Origin: Nanobdellati archaeon
GTDB lineage: Archaea > Nanobdellota > Nanobdellia > Woesearchaeales > GCA-2686295
Length of the DNA stretch: 64,000 nucleotides
Assembly (NCBI GenBank): GCA_014384375.1
Contig: JACNFY010000034.1
Location: forward strand, 1,674 to 65,673
Direction of reading: 5' to 3'
Shown piece after piece: positions 1 to 9,673 of the stretch. The notes under the pieces were generated by a model. It was not told the origin of the DNA. It saw nothing but the letters and a program-made list of their open reading frames with translations, and made no database searches. Both the position numbers and the translations under genes were made by a program. Position 1 is the stretch's first letter. Each line of letters begins with the position of its first letter.

Positions 1-257
1 AGAAGAACTGCTTTAACTCCTGCTTCTTTCAGCTCCTCTAGCAATTTCAATAGTCTTTCTGTTTTTATGAATTGAGTTTTTTCAAAATCAACTCCAACAT
101 TTACTTTATTGGATCTGTGAACACAGTAAGAACAATTATGATTGCAGACATTCGTTACATCAATCTGAACTTGAGCAGGAATTTGTAATTTGTTCTGCTT
201 AAGAAGTTTTATCTTGTCAGAGTGATGCAATACTTTGAAAGGAGAGTATATATCCAT
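1..257 (-). CDS. Radical SAM protein, N-terminal part (runs off window start; not in ORF track)
   Basis: Translated by hand from ATG at 257: MDIYSPFKVLHHSDKIK...QIDVTNVCNHNCSYCVHR...EAGVKAVL. Contains CxxxCxxC and resembles the N-terminus of 4802..5827. Confidence 0.85.
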   Translation of the reverse strand, partial: MDIYSPFKVLHHSDKIKLLKQNKLQIPAQVQIDVTNVCNHNCSYCVHRSNKVNVGVDFEKTQFIKTERLLKLLEELKEAGVKAVL

Positions 258-280
258 GAAATAGTAAGAATCTGTTTCTA

Positions 281-1729
281 TTAAATAGTTTTTTGTTTTA
301 ATTCTAGTATTTTTGGATTGCCTTCTCTTAGTATAAAATAATTGTCTAATATCTTATTTATTTTTTTATTTTTGTTGAAGTTGATGAATTTTTCTTCTCT
401 TTCTTCAAAAATTAGTATGTATTTCACTTTTTCATTTGATGTTTTTCTTATGAATAAATATTCTTGAAAGTCAAAAACACTTATTCCAGGAGGTTCTCTT
501 TTGGTTAACCAATATATTTCGGGAGACCATCCAAAAGCAATAAATGTCTCGTTTTCATTTAGATTATGTTTTAGAAAGTTTATGGTCTCCTTTTGCTCTT
601 GCTTTGAGTCAAAGCCACTGTATGGAATGTTTATATTTCCTTTATTAATTGGAAAATCCTTCCACTGAATACTTTGTGAAATTATACTAATTGCTAGTAT
701 TATTATAATAATTGCATAGAATTTTTTATTTTTAATATTCTTACTTAGAATAGAACCTGCCATAATACTAGCTGGTGGTACTACCATTAAGAAATAATGA
801 CCAAAAGATGGAGGAATTAGAGTTGTTATAAAGAATGAAATAAACCACAAAAAAATTAGTGTATCTTTTTTTAAAACTTTTTTTTCCTTAAATTTTTTTA
901 TTGTATTTGTAATCCATATAGTGACTAATGTCCACATTATAAATCCTTGACTAATTATGAAGAACCAATAATCTAATTCAACATATCTATAAAAACCTCC
1001 TTTATTGTAGCGAAGGATTAGAAAATCAAATAAAAAAAATCTCAAATAATGAAAAATATTCTGGGCTAAATAGAATGCTATAATAATAAATCCCAATATT
1101 ATTGTCGGAGATAAAAATAGTAACACATTTTTTGTTCTATTTTTCTTTTCTTTTAATAGTAGATATAATGAAGGTATTATCCAAACCATCGCAGATTGTT
1201 TTATAGTTATCGCTATGAAGAATGAGATTCCTGATATTATCAAAAACCAGTTGTTTTTTGTTTCCAAATATTTTATTATGAAATAGAACGAGAAAATAAT
1301 GAAATACACTAAGAATGATTCAGCCATAGCTAACTGTCCTTCATAGAATGGAATATTCATAAAGAAGATATAAGCTATTAGTGACCATAAAGCGGTTTTT
1401 TTATTGTATAATTTTTTTGTAGTCTGGAAGAGAATAAGTATTGATAGCAAGAATAAGATATTATTGACAATTCTTGCAGAGTATATATTGTTTCCTAGAA
1501 GTTTTGTTGAAGCCAAGTATATTACGAATATGCCTGGTGGTTTACTTTCTGCAATGTCTTTATATAATAATTCGTCATTTGACATCCTCCAAGCAACTTG
1601 GCCAAAAGTTCCTTCATCTCTCTCTATAATTGTATCAATCCAAGCAAATCTTAATATTAAAGCCAGTATTATTAAAAGTATCAAGTATTTGTAGTTTCTA
1701 AGCTTAATAAAGAATTTTTTATCTGTCAT
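281..1729 (-). CDS. ArnT/PMT-like GT-C membrane glycosyltransferase
   Basis: Polytopic membrane protein; ERDEG motif after TM1, followed by LYKD...KPP; later GHYFL..PP. Confidence 0.8.
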   Translation of the reverse strand: MTDKKFFIKLRNYKYLILLIILALILRFAWIDTIIERDEGTFGQVAWRMSNDELLYKDIAESKPPGIFVIYLASTKLLGNNIYSARIVNNILFLLSILILFQTTKKLYNKKTALWSLIAYIFFMNIPFYEGQLAMAESFLVYFIIFSFYFIIKYLETKNNWFLIISGISFFIAITIKQSAMVWIIPSLYLLLKEKKNRTKNVLLFLSPTIILGFIIIAFYLAQNIFHYLRFFLFDFLILRYNKGGFYRYVELDYWFFIISQGFIMWTLVTIWITNTIKKFKEKKVLKKDTLIFLWFISFFITTLIPPSFGHYFLMVVPPASIMAGSILSKNIKNKKFYAIIIIILAISIISQSIQWKDFPINKGNINIPYSGFDSKQEQKETINFLKHNLNENETFIAFGWSPEIYWLTKREPPGISVFDFQEYLFIRKTSNEKVKYILIFEEREEKFINFNKNKKINKILDNYFILREGNPKILELKQKTI

Positions 1730-1786
1730 TTAAGTTTTTTATGTTAGAATGGTATTTAAATATTACTTAATGATATTCTTTCTGTA

Positions 1787-2344
1787 TTAATATGTTGCGT
1801 GTACGTCTTCTCCGGTTTCGCAAGTTGCTTGTTCTTTTTTCAAGGCACTATATGGGTTTTCTTGGAATTCATCATTTAATTCCTTTAAGCCAGGAACTTT
1901 ATCAACATTAGGATTGGACATCCATATTCCAAGAGCTCTATCTAGCATCTCTTCTGTTATCCATTCGCATATACTGTAGTTTTTTAAATCATCTGCGATG
2001 TATTTTATGCAGTTTATCATGAGTTCCTGCTCACATCTGTCTATTGTTTTTTCTGGAAAAACCTCTCTGTTTTTATAGAACAAGGAGCAGAGTTCAGGGG
2101 TTTCAGCAATCCTACTCTCCAATTGCTGGCAGTATAATAGGACTTCTTCTTCGATTAATACTTCTCCTATTCCTAAGTCAGTTACTTCTTCGTCTATCTC
2201 TTCTTTGGTTATTTCTTCATCTATCTCTTCTTCTACAGCCTTGTTAATTAGAATTGTTCCGATTATTATTATTAATCCTATTACGAAAACAATTGTTAAT
2301 GTTTTTAGACTTACTTCTTCAGCTTCTTCTCTTTTTTTAGGCAT
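1787..2344 (-). CDS. Membrane-anchored acidic protein with paired-Cys repeats
   Basis: Single N-terminal TM helix; PELC..DRC and NYSICEWI resemble the repeats in 52459..56331. Confidence 0.6.
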   Translation of the reverse strand: MPKKREEAEEVSLKTLTIVFVIGLIIIIGTILINKAVEEEIDEEITKEEIDEEVTDLGIGEVLIEEEVLLYCQQLESRIAETPELCSLFYKNREVFPEKTIDRCEQELMINCIKYIADDLKNYSICEWITEEMLDRALGIWMSNPNVDKVPGLKELNDEFQENPYSALKKEQATCETGEDVHATY

Positions 2345-2360
2345 GTGTGTTTTATAGGTT

Positions 2361-3410
2361 TTATTCTTTTTTAAATATTGCTTTTTTTATTCTTAGTACT
2401 AAGAAGCTCAATGCTTCGAAGAATAAAGTTATCCTCTGTTTCATATTTCTTGCTAGTAATATTCTGAGCAACCATCTTTTTAAAGTTATTAAAAATAAAC
2501 TCTTTTTTGTAAACAACTCTTTTTCTGTTAGACTAAGAATAAACAATTGGTATTTACTAGAATTATTCATTATTTTTTTTAAGACATTATTTGGAATCTT
2601 TGCATTTAATAATTTTTTACTTAAACTTAACGCTTTGTATACGAAAGAAGAACAGTTCCATTTCTTGGATTTTATTATTATATTATTCCAGTTTAATTCT
2701 TCTTTTTCGATTATTTTTTTTATATCCAAGAGATTTCGAATTCCTAAAAGAAAGAAATTATCATAAGATGTTTGTGTGCATAGGTATATTAGAGAATCTT
2801 CTATTTTAGGAATGTATATTTTCATATCAAACAGGTCTGTCTTCTTCTTGCTGATTTCGTTTATTGGAATTTCAAAGGGACTATTTACCTGTTCCAGTTG
2901 GTGGTGAATCTCTATTATTACTTTCATTCCTCCGACTCTTTTTGTCAGTGGTTTGTAATGGTGAAAGTGTTTCTTATAGAATTTTTCAGAATAATCGTTT
3001 TTTTCTTTATATCCTAGTGTTTTTATTTTTTTTGTTATATTTCTTTCATCTTTCAGGCACAACAGGTCAATATCTGTCAGAAACCTTTCCCCAAAGTCTT
3101 GTTTTGTAACAGCTATTATTGAGAATCCCTTTATAAGAACAGCGTCTTTTTTGTAGTGTTCTAATTTAGTTAGCATTTTCTTTAACTCGTTCAATAAAAC
3201 CAAGTTTCTTTTTGTATTATGAAGATAGAATTTTTTTAGTTCCTCATTGATTTCATTGGGAATATCAATATTAAATAATTGTATTTTTTTGTATAAAACT
3301 CCAGAAAGTGCGTTTCTGTTAGAAATTTTTAGGAATCTCTGCCAGTCTACTTTTTTCGTTGAGAATTTTTTACCATTAAGAGTTTTAATTATTATCTCTT
3401 CTTCTTTCAT
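2361..3410 (-). CDS. Nucleotidyltransferase family protein (NTP_transf_5-like)
   Basis: LIKG...R..TDIDLL, IEIHH and LLDI motifs typical of this family. Confidence 0.8.
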   Translation of the reverse strand: MKEEEIIIKTLNGKKFSTKKVDWQRFLKISNRNALSGVLYKKIQLFNIDIPNEINEELKKFYLHNTKRNLVLLNELKKMLTKLEHYKKDAVLIKGFSIIAVTKQDFGERFLTDIDLLCLKDERNITKKIKTLGYKEKNDYSEKFYKKHFHHYKPLTKRVGGMKVIIEIHHQLEQVNSPFEIPINEISKKKTDLFDMKIYIPKIEDSLIYLCTQTSYDNFFLLGIRNLLDIKKIIEKEELNWNNIIIKSKKWNCSSFVYKALSLSKKLLNAKIPNNVLKKIMNNSSKYQLFILSLTEKELFTKKSLFLITLKRWLLRILLARNMKQRITLFFEALSFLVLRIKKAIFKKE

Positions 3411-4795
3411 TTGAAAGCAATCATTAAATATGTTAACAAACCCTTTGCCAAGTACTTTGCTTTTCTTGGATTTAAAAGTAGCCCTAGATAGTAAAGTAAT
3501 ATTCTGGGTTGAAGATAGAATCCCAACTGTATCCTCTTAAACTCCTTTTTGAGTTTTTTCTCAGTTAAATCTTTTGGAATAAAATTTACTTGAAATGTTT
3601 TATTAGTGTAACTTTTGATTTTACCAAATTTTTCCGCTTCTTTCTCTAGTTTTACACTCCTCATAGGAGTGAAGAAATCCAATAAAATATCATCCGGCTT
3701 TGTTTTCTTTATGAGAGTCTTTGTTTCGTTTATTGTTTCAGTTGTTTCTCCAGGACTTCCAATAATAAAGAAAGCGCGAACTCTAATACCTGACTTCTTG
3801 ATTTCTTTTACTTGGCGTATTATTTGCTGTCTGGTTATTTTTTTATTTAAAATTTCTAGTATCTTATCTGATCCACTTTCTATACCAAAAGATATTTGCC
3901 AACAACCGACTTTTTTCATTAGTCTGGCTAGTTTGTAGTCTAATGTGTCTATCCTTGTTTGACAGCTCCAACTCATGTTTACTTTTTTTCTTATGAGTTC
4001 TTCACAGAATTTTTCTGTCCTTTTTCTTGGAATTGTAAAAACATCATCATAGAAACAGATGTCTTTTACTTTGTACTTTGTTTTTAAGAAATTCATTAAT
4101 GGAACCATGTATTTTGGAGAATTATAGCTTAATTCATTCCCAAAAACTGATTGATGGCAGAATGAGCAATTCCACAAACATCCCCTAGCAGTCAGCAGAT
4201 TTATTGAAGGAGCATCCTTAAACATGCTCGGTGTTGGTTCATACAGGTCCGGGAATCCTTCTAAAAGATCAAATGATGGAAAAGGAACTGTATCTAAATT
4301 CTTGATTCTTGTGTTTTCCTGTTTTGTTTTTATTAGTTTATTGTTTTCTCTGAATATGATTCCTCCTATTTTTGAAAGTTCTTTGTTGTTTATTATTTCT
4401 AGAATATGTTTATCTGATTCTCCTAGCACAGCAATGTCAAAGAATTCACAATCTTTCATAGTACTTTCTGGTACAGCAGAAACATGCGGCCCGCCAACAA
4501 TTATTTTTATCTTTGGGTTAAAATGTCTAATCCTCTCTGCCAGTATTTCTGAGTTTTGAAGAAAATCACTTATAATGCTGATTGCAACAAAGTCAGAATT
4601 TAATTCTTTGATCCTTTTAATTGTTTCATCAATGGTTAAGTATAGATTTTGTGCGTCAATTATGCTTGTTTCAATACCTGCTTTTCTTGTTGAAGAAGCA
4701 AGTTGGCAGATTCCGAGAGGAACTCTTTTGAACTCTTCGATAAAGTCATTTTTTCTTTTGTTTCTTGGCGGATTAATAAAAACTATTTTTACCAT
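3407..4795 (-). CDS. B12-binding (class B) radical SAM protein
   Basis: PLG..GGPHVS B12 domain; ARGCLWNCSFC; YDDVFT; GIESGS. Confidence 0.9.
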   Translation of the reverse strand: MVKIVFINPPRNKRKNDFIEEFKRVPLGICQLASSTRKAGIETSIIDAQNLYLTIDETIKRIKELNSDFVAISIISDFLQNSEILAERIRHFNPKIKIIVGGPHVSAVPESTMKDCEFFDIAVLGESDKHILEIINNKELSKIGGIIFRENNKLIKTKQENTRIKNLDTVPFPSFDLLEGFPDLYEPTPSMFKDAPSINLLTARGCLWNCSFCHQSVFGNELSYNSPKYMVPLMNFLKTKYKVKDICFYDDVFTIPRKRTEKFCEELIRKKVNMSWSCQTRIDTLDYKLARLMKKVGCWQISFGIESGSDKILEILNKKITRQQIIRQVKEIKKSGIRVRAFFIIGSPGETTETINETKTLIKKTKPDDILLDFFTPMRSVKLEKEAEKFGKIKSYTNKTFQVNFIPKDLTEKKLKKEFKRIQLGFYLQPRILLYYLGLLLNPRKAKYLAKGLLTYLMIAFK

Positions 4796-4801
4796 TCTTT
4801 T

Positions 4802-5827
4802 TCATATGAATTCCAAATGCATCTTATTATCAAGTATTAAATCTTTAGCATAATTGTTGTATTGATGAAAAGGACAATCATATATGTTGCAAAGCTTTAG
4901 ATCAGGCATCTTAATTATTTTTTTATGTTTCTTACTGTTCCATATATCATCAAAGCTTTGTGTGTATATATTTCCAATAGACGGGGTTTTTATATGGTTG
5001 AAAAAGACGCATAAGTGAACATCTCCGTTAGAATTTATAAGTGTGTGTAGAGGATTTGTGAAGCATTGATTTCTTATATGCGTTTTCTCCAGAGAACTGT
5101 AAACTTTGAAGTCTTTATTTGATAGCTTCTTCGATTTTGCTAATAGTTTTTTTGCGATAGATAATTCTTCTTTATTTATTTCATTCTCATTATTCCTCAA
5201 ACACTTGAATTGTATGTAATCAACATTAAGTTGTTTTGCTTTTTTGCTCATTTCTAATATATTCTTATAATTGATTTTTGAAACCAGAACTTTCAGACCA
5301 ATTATTGTTTTTAAATTATAATTATTTTTTATTTTCACTAATAATTCTATGTTTTTTAGTAGCTTTTCATAATCGTTTTTTTGATGTATTTTTTCATATT
5401 CTTCATTATTAGATGCATCAAAAGCTATCCTGATGAAGAAGCAGTTCTCCAAAATGTTTTTGGCGTTTTTTTCGTTGAATAATATTGCGTTTGTGAAAAG
5501 TCCAACTTTAAGTCCTGATTTACTTGCATGTCTAATAACTTCTTCTATCTTAGGATGCATTAATGGCTCTCCCCCACCAGATATTTCTACTCCTTCAACT
5601 CCTTTGTCCTTCACTTGATTAAGCAAGGACTTGAAAATCTCCAAATTAAGAAAAGGTTTTTCTTCTTTATGCAAATCCAAAGAATGGCAACCAACGCATG
5701 TATGGTTACATCTCTCTGATATAAAGAAGTGTACAGTTCTTGGATAAGGAAATTCTCCTCTGATTATCTCTTTTATTTCCTTATAATGAGTTAATACTTT
5801 TTCTTTTACAAAAGGTGTTTCTTCCAT
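4802..5827 (-). CDS. Radical SAM/SPASM protein
   Basis: CNHTCVGC; SGGGEPLMHP; C-terminal C..GDVHLC..IGNI..FDDIW..C. Confidence 0.9.
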   Translation of the reverse strand: MEETPFVKEKVLTHYKEIKEIIRGEFPYPRTVHFFISERCNHTCVGCHSLDLHKEEKPFLNLEIFKSLLNQVKDKGVEGVEISGGGEPLMHPKIEEVIRHASKSGLKVGLFTNAILFNEKNAKNILENCFFIRIAFDASNNEEYEKIHQKNDYEKLLKNIELLVKIKNNYNLKTIIGLKVLVSKINYKNILEMSKKAKQLNVDYIQFKCLRNNENEINKEELSIAKKLLAKSKKLSNKDFKVYSSLEKTHIRNQCFTNPLHTLINSNGDVHLCVFFNHIKTPSIGNIYTQSFDDIWNSKKHKKIIKMPDLKLCNIYDCPFHQYNNYAKDLILDNKMHLEFI

Positions 5828-6507
5828 TTTATGAATAAAATTATTGTCCCTATAAAAGCAATGATTGAGTGCTTTATAATTCTTACTTTTGATTCTTTGC
5901 GATGCTTAAACTTTACAGGAAATTCCTTAATCTTATAACCTTTATCTCTAATCTTCAGATATATTTCTAACAAACTCTCAAAGCCAGTTCTTTGAAGGTC
6001 AAGATTTTTTATTGCTTTTCGTTTGAAAATAGCAAATCCACTTTCAATATCTTTTATTTTTAATCCAAACAAAATCCTGTATAAAAAATAATACATTCTA
6101 CTTATAATCTTTCTATGAAAAGGATAATCTGCTTTTGTTCCGACAAACCTTGAACCTATTATTACATCCAAGTTTGTATTTGAAAAAGCTTTGTAAAACT
6201 TATTTATATGAGATGGAGAAACAGCCATATCAGCATCTAAAATGACAACATAGTCTCCCTTTGCTTCATCAAACATTCGTTTATATGCTTCGCCCACACC
6301 TCTGTTTGGAAAGTAGGTTACTACTTTTACACTTTTATCTTTCTTTTGTATACTTTTGAGTTTTTCAAGTGTTGAATCTGTACTGCCATCATCAAACAAT
6401 ATTATTTCATATGGCTGTTTTATTTTTCTAAATTCTTTTTTTATCACAACATAACTTTTTTCAATTATTCTTTCCTCATTATAGCAAGGTATGCAAACAG
6501 ATATCAT
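5806..6507 (-). CDS. GT2 glycosyltransferase (polyprenol-phosphate glycosyltransferase-like)
   Basis: IPCYNEE, DDGSTD, DAD, IGSRF. Confidence 0.9.
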   Translation of the reverse strand: MISVCIPCYNEERIIEKSYVVIKKEFRKIKQPYEIILFDDGSTDSTLEKLKSIQKKDKSVKVVTYFPNRGVGEAYKRMFDEAKGDYVVILDADMAVSPSHINKFYKAFSNTNLDVIIGSRFVGTKADYPFHRKIISRMYYFLYRILFGLKIKDIESGFAIFKRKAIKNLDLQRTGFESLLEIYLKIRDKGYKIKEFPVKFKHRKESKVRIIKHSIIAFIGTIILFIKWKKHLL

Positions 6508-6559
6508 AATTTTTCCTCACTAAGATTATGAACTAAAAAAATTCTGAATTTTTTTGATA

Positions 6560-7432
6560 TCATCTTATTTTTTTTGTCGTTATTGATATTTTCCAAATTG
6601 AATGGTCTTTTTTTACTTTAAAATCAATCCATCCAAGGAATCTTGCTATTGTTTCTAATATGATAGCAATTAATAGGTGTAGTATCTTGCTGATATTTCT
6701 GAATGAGTATTTAATCACTGTTTTTAACAGCAAAGTTTTGTTCATTGTTGAAGCAGAATGATTTGTTCTTTTTCTTAGCTCTAGATGCCCTGCGTATATT
6801 CTTCTTCTTTGTCTTATAAAGTCCTTTATTGTTTCTGGTCCTTTGTTGTATACTATCGCTTTTGGTTCATATATTAGTTTTAATCCTTTCTTCTTAATTA
6901 TCGAAGCTATTTCTTCTTCATCAACAGCTGTTCTTGGTATTTTGTTTATGATGTTTCTAAAAGCTATTAATTCTCCGAATTTAGGATTCTCTTTTGATAT
7001 TAGATGATGCAATTTCCATTGTAGTTGAACTATGAAATTCATTAATTTTTTGTTGCTTTTGATTGGTATAAACCTCCCAGTTCCTATTCCAACTTTTGGA
7101 CTGCTAAGTCTTGAACAGAGATTTTCTATACTATTTATTTCAGGTATAGTGTCTGCGCTTTCTAAAACAAGAATTTTGCTTTTTGCTTTTTTTAAGAAAA
7201 GATTTATTGCTTCACTTTTTCCTTTTCTTTCTTTTTCAACTATCAGTTTTATCTTTTTGTTTTTCTTAGAGAAATTGTTTACTATTTCGTTTGTTTTATC
7301 TGTGCTTCCAGAAGAAACAACGATGATTTCTTTTATATTTGCTTTCTTTGTTTTTTGGTTTAGAATTGCGTTTAGAAGATTACCAATATTACTCTCTTCA
7401 TTATAGGCCATTACCCCCACAGATATGTTCAT
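6560..7432 (-). CDS. GT2 glycosyltransferase
   Basis: AYNEE, SSGSTD, SADT, QRRR..GH; C-terminal membrane helix. Confidence 0.88.
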   Translation of the reverse strand: MNISVGVMAYNEESNIGNLLNAILNQKTKKANIKEIIVVSSGSTDKTNEIVNNFSKKNKKIKLIVEKERKGKSEAINLFLKKAKSKILVLESADTIPEINSIENLCSRLSSPKVGIGTGRFIPIKSNKKLMNFIVQLQWKLHHLISKENPKFGELIAFRNIINKIPRTAVDEEEIASIIKKKGLKLIYEPKAIVYNKGPETIKDFIRQRRRIYAGHLELRKRTNHSASTMNKTLLLKTVIKYSFRNISKILHLLIAIILETIARFLGWIDFKVKKDHSIWKISITTKKIR

Positions 7433-7595
7433 TTTCCAAACAATTATAAATCCTAATTTATTAATAAATATTGTGTTAGAGGATTATTCTTTTCAAGTTG
7501 TTAATTTGCGTAACTGAATATAGTTTTTAGCAATTTTTATAAATGTGTGCCAATATTTACTTATAGTGGTGGGGCTCTAATATCAAAAAAATAAA

Positions 7596-8099
7596 ATGAC
7601 TGTTGAATTGAATTTATCGGTAAAAGAAGCAAAGCAAATATATCAACTACTAAAGGCATTTGATGAAGGCTTAATTGTGAACCCTTCTGAAGCATGGGAG
7701 TTAGACTATTATGATGAAAAAATTGCTGATAGGAAAGGGTTAAAGCCAGTCTTAAAAAAGATAGAGAAGTCGCTTCCAAAAGAAGAGACTAAAAAAACAA
7801 AGAAAACTGTTTTGAGAAGAAGGTATGACACATTCAATAATGAAATTAATGAATCGGTTTATAGGAAGATTGAAAGTGCCTTTAGTAATAAGAAAACAGT
7901 TGAGGTTGGTTATTTTAATATGTCTTCTACTGAGACTATAAAGCGAAAAATCGATGTTCACCATAAAACAAGAAAATATGTTATTGGCTACTGTCATTTA
8001 AGAAATGCTGTGAGAAAATTCAGGACAAGCAGAATTGTCTCTGCAAAAATAACAGATAAAAAATACGCCATTCCAGATAATTTTGATAAAAACAGGTAA
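7596..8099 (+). CDS. WYL domain protein
   Basis: C-terminal half: IESAF..KKTVEVGY...RKID...YVIGYCHLRNAVRKFRTSRI. Confidence 0.85.
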   Translation: MTVELNLSVKEAKQIYQLLKAFDEGLIVNPSEAWELDYYDEKIADRKGLKPVLKKIEKSLPKEETKKTKKTVLRRRYDTFNNEINESVYRKIESAFSNKKTVEVGYFNMSSTETIKRKIDVHHKTRKYVIGYCHLRNAVRKFRTSRIVSAKITDKKYAIPDNFDKNR

Positions 8100-8100
8100 A

Positions 8101-8340
8101 ATGGACAAAAAAGAAGGACTTGAGAATAATGAAGATGAACTCTGGAAAGATGGAGCTTTCATGGAGACGTTAGGGCCTCAAGATGTTAAAGAGAAAATGA
8201 AAACATTCCACAAAAAGCACAATGAAGATATGGATTACAATTGTAAAAAATGCAATAAAAAAATCTCGGCCCATAACAAAGATTGGCATGCTGGAATGTG
8301 TGATGAGTGCTTTAATAAGACTTATTTCAGTGAAGAATAA
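8101..8340 (+). CDS. Small putative zinc-finger protein
   Basis: CKKC...H...H.GMCDEC; ATG at 8101 directly follows the WYL stop. Confidence 0.6.
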   Translation: MDKKEGLENNEDELWKDGAFMETLGPQDVKEKMKTFHKKHNEDMDYNCKKCNKKISAHNKDWHAGMCDECFNKTYFSEE

Positions 8341-8462
8341 AAGATGATGTAGAAGTACACGCTATATGTATATTGATGTATGATCCAAAACCAGAAAAAG
8401 TTTCTGAAATAAATATCAGAAATTCTTTTAATCAACAAAAACAAACAAGTTAAATGATTTGA

Positions 8463-8936
8463 CTAGAAATATGTCTTTTTAAAACTTTCTTTGAAATATT
8501 TTACTTTATCTTCTCTTAGTTTATCTGTGAATAGATCTAACTCTTCGATGAATTCTTCTGTTTTGGTTATCATATCTTCAACATCGTTCTTTGTTATTTT
8601 GAATTCTGTGTAGTATTGTTTATCTACTCGTTCTTGTTTTGCAAAAGAAATTTCTTTATTTTCTATTCCGAATAATTCTTTGAGTAATATTATTGTTGCA
8701 GCATGATTCTCACATTTTATTCCAATCAAGCGGAATAATGCGATAACTTTGTGAAACATTGCATAATATGCCATTGAAGTTGACTCTTCTAGCAGACTCT
8801 GTGCCAGTAATATTCTTGCTGCTTTAAATGAATTATTTGATTTTTGGGCATATGATTTTGAAACTTCTTTGCTTGCTTCAACTAATTTGATTTTTTCCTC
8901 TGTTACTAGTTTTTGAATAAAGTTTATTTGTCTCAC
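8463..8936 (-). CDS. HEPN domain protein (MNT-HEPN pair)
   Basis: AYYAMFH, CENH, R...QYY; overlaps the MNT gene by 4 nt. Confidence 0.85.
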   Translation of the reverse strand: MRQINFIQKLVTEEKIKLVEASKEVSKSYAQKSNNSFKAARILLAQSLLEESTSMAYYAMFHKVIALFRLIGIKCENHAATIILLKELFGIENKEISFAKQERVDKQYYTEFKITKNDVEDMITKTEEFIEELDLFTDKLREDKVKYFKESFKKTYF

Positions 8937-9478
8937 TTTATTAATTGATAAAACCTTTCAAGATTTTGAATGATGACGTGATTCTTTATTATCTCTTTTG
9001 TAAGTAAGTTTTCTTTATCTAGTTCGCCTATTTTTACACTCAGTTTTTCCGATATCAATCTAGTTTTTTCTCTTAATTTTTTATCTGTTGTTTCAAGGTA
9101 AATATCTATGTCGCTGTTTTTTGTTGTGGTTCCTTTTGCTTGACTTCCAAAAAGAGCTATTAGTTCTCCTTTTGTTTTATTCTGTAATTCTTTTATTATT
9201 CTTCTAAGCTTTGGTTGTTGGATTATTTTAAGGAGTTTGTAATGTTCTGTAATGAAAAGATATATTTTTGCTTCTGGTGTTTCTTTAAGAAAGTATGTTT
9301 TGTTCTTTCCTTGTTGTTTAAAATCAACAATGTTTTCTTCTTCTAATTGTTTCATAATTCTCATGACTGTTGATGGGATGAGTCCTAAGTCTTCTCCTAT
9401 TTGCCTAATATGTGAGGGTTCTTTTCTAAGGAGTTCGATAATCTCAAAATCGTTTCTTTTTCGCAACATATGTTGCAT
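8933..9478 (-). CDS. HTH-fused minimal nucleotidyltransferase (MNT)
   Basis: N-terminal winged HTH plus LFGSQAKG...SDIDI. Confidence 0.85.
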   Translation of the reverse strand: MQHMLRKRNDFEIIELLRKEPSHIRQIGEDLGLIPSTVMRIMKQLEEENIVDFKQQGKNKTYFLKETPEAKIYLFITEHYKLLKIIQQPKLRRIIKELQNKTKGELIALFGSQAKGTTTKNSDIDIYLETTDKKLREKTRLISEKLSVKIGELDKENLLTKEIIKNHVIIQNLERFYQLIK

Positions 9479-9488
9479 AATTGCAACA
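9463..9488. promoter_or_regulatory. Putative autoregulatory operator of the MNT-HEPN operon
   Basis: Perfect palindrome GCAACATATGTTGC (9463-9476) overlapping TGTTGCA-taat-TGCAACA (9471-9488) at the start codon of the HTH-MNT gene. Confidence 0.55.
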
Positions 9489-9673
9489 ATGCTATTTAAA
9501 TCTTTCGTTTTTTATTGTAATTGTAAAAAAGAAATATTCAAATAATTTGTATACTACGCTATGTAAATAACATAATAATTTGCTTAAAATGTATGAAACA
9601 TATGATAGTTATGGATAGAAATATATAACTTTTTTAGAAAAGCTTTAATAATTCTTTATTATTATTTTATTTT

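Noticed and set aside
8355..9570. Short ACGCTAT..GTA similarity on both sides of the MNT-HEPN pair as cassette ends
   Set aside because: Too short and gapped to distinguish from chance in AT-rich DNA
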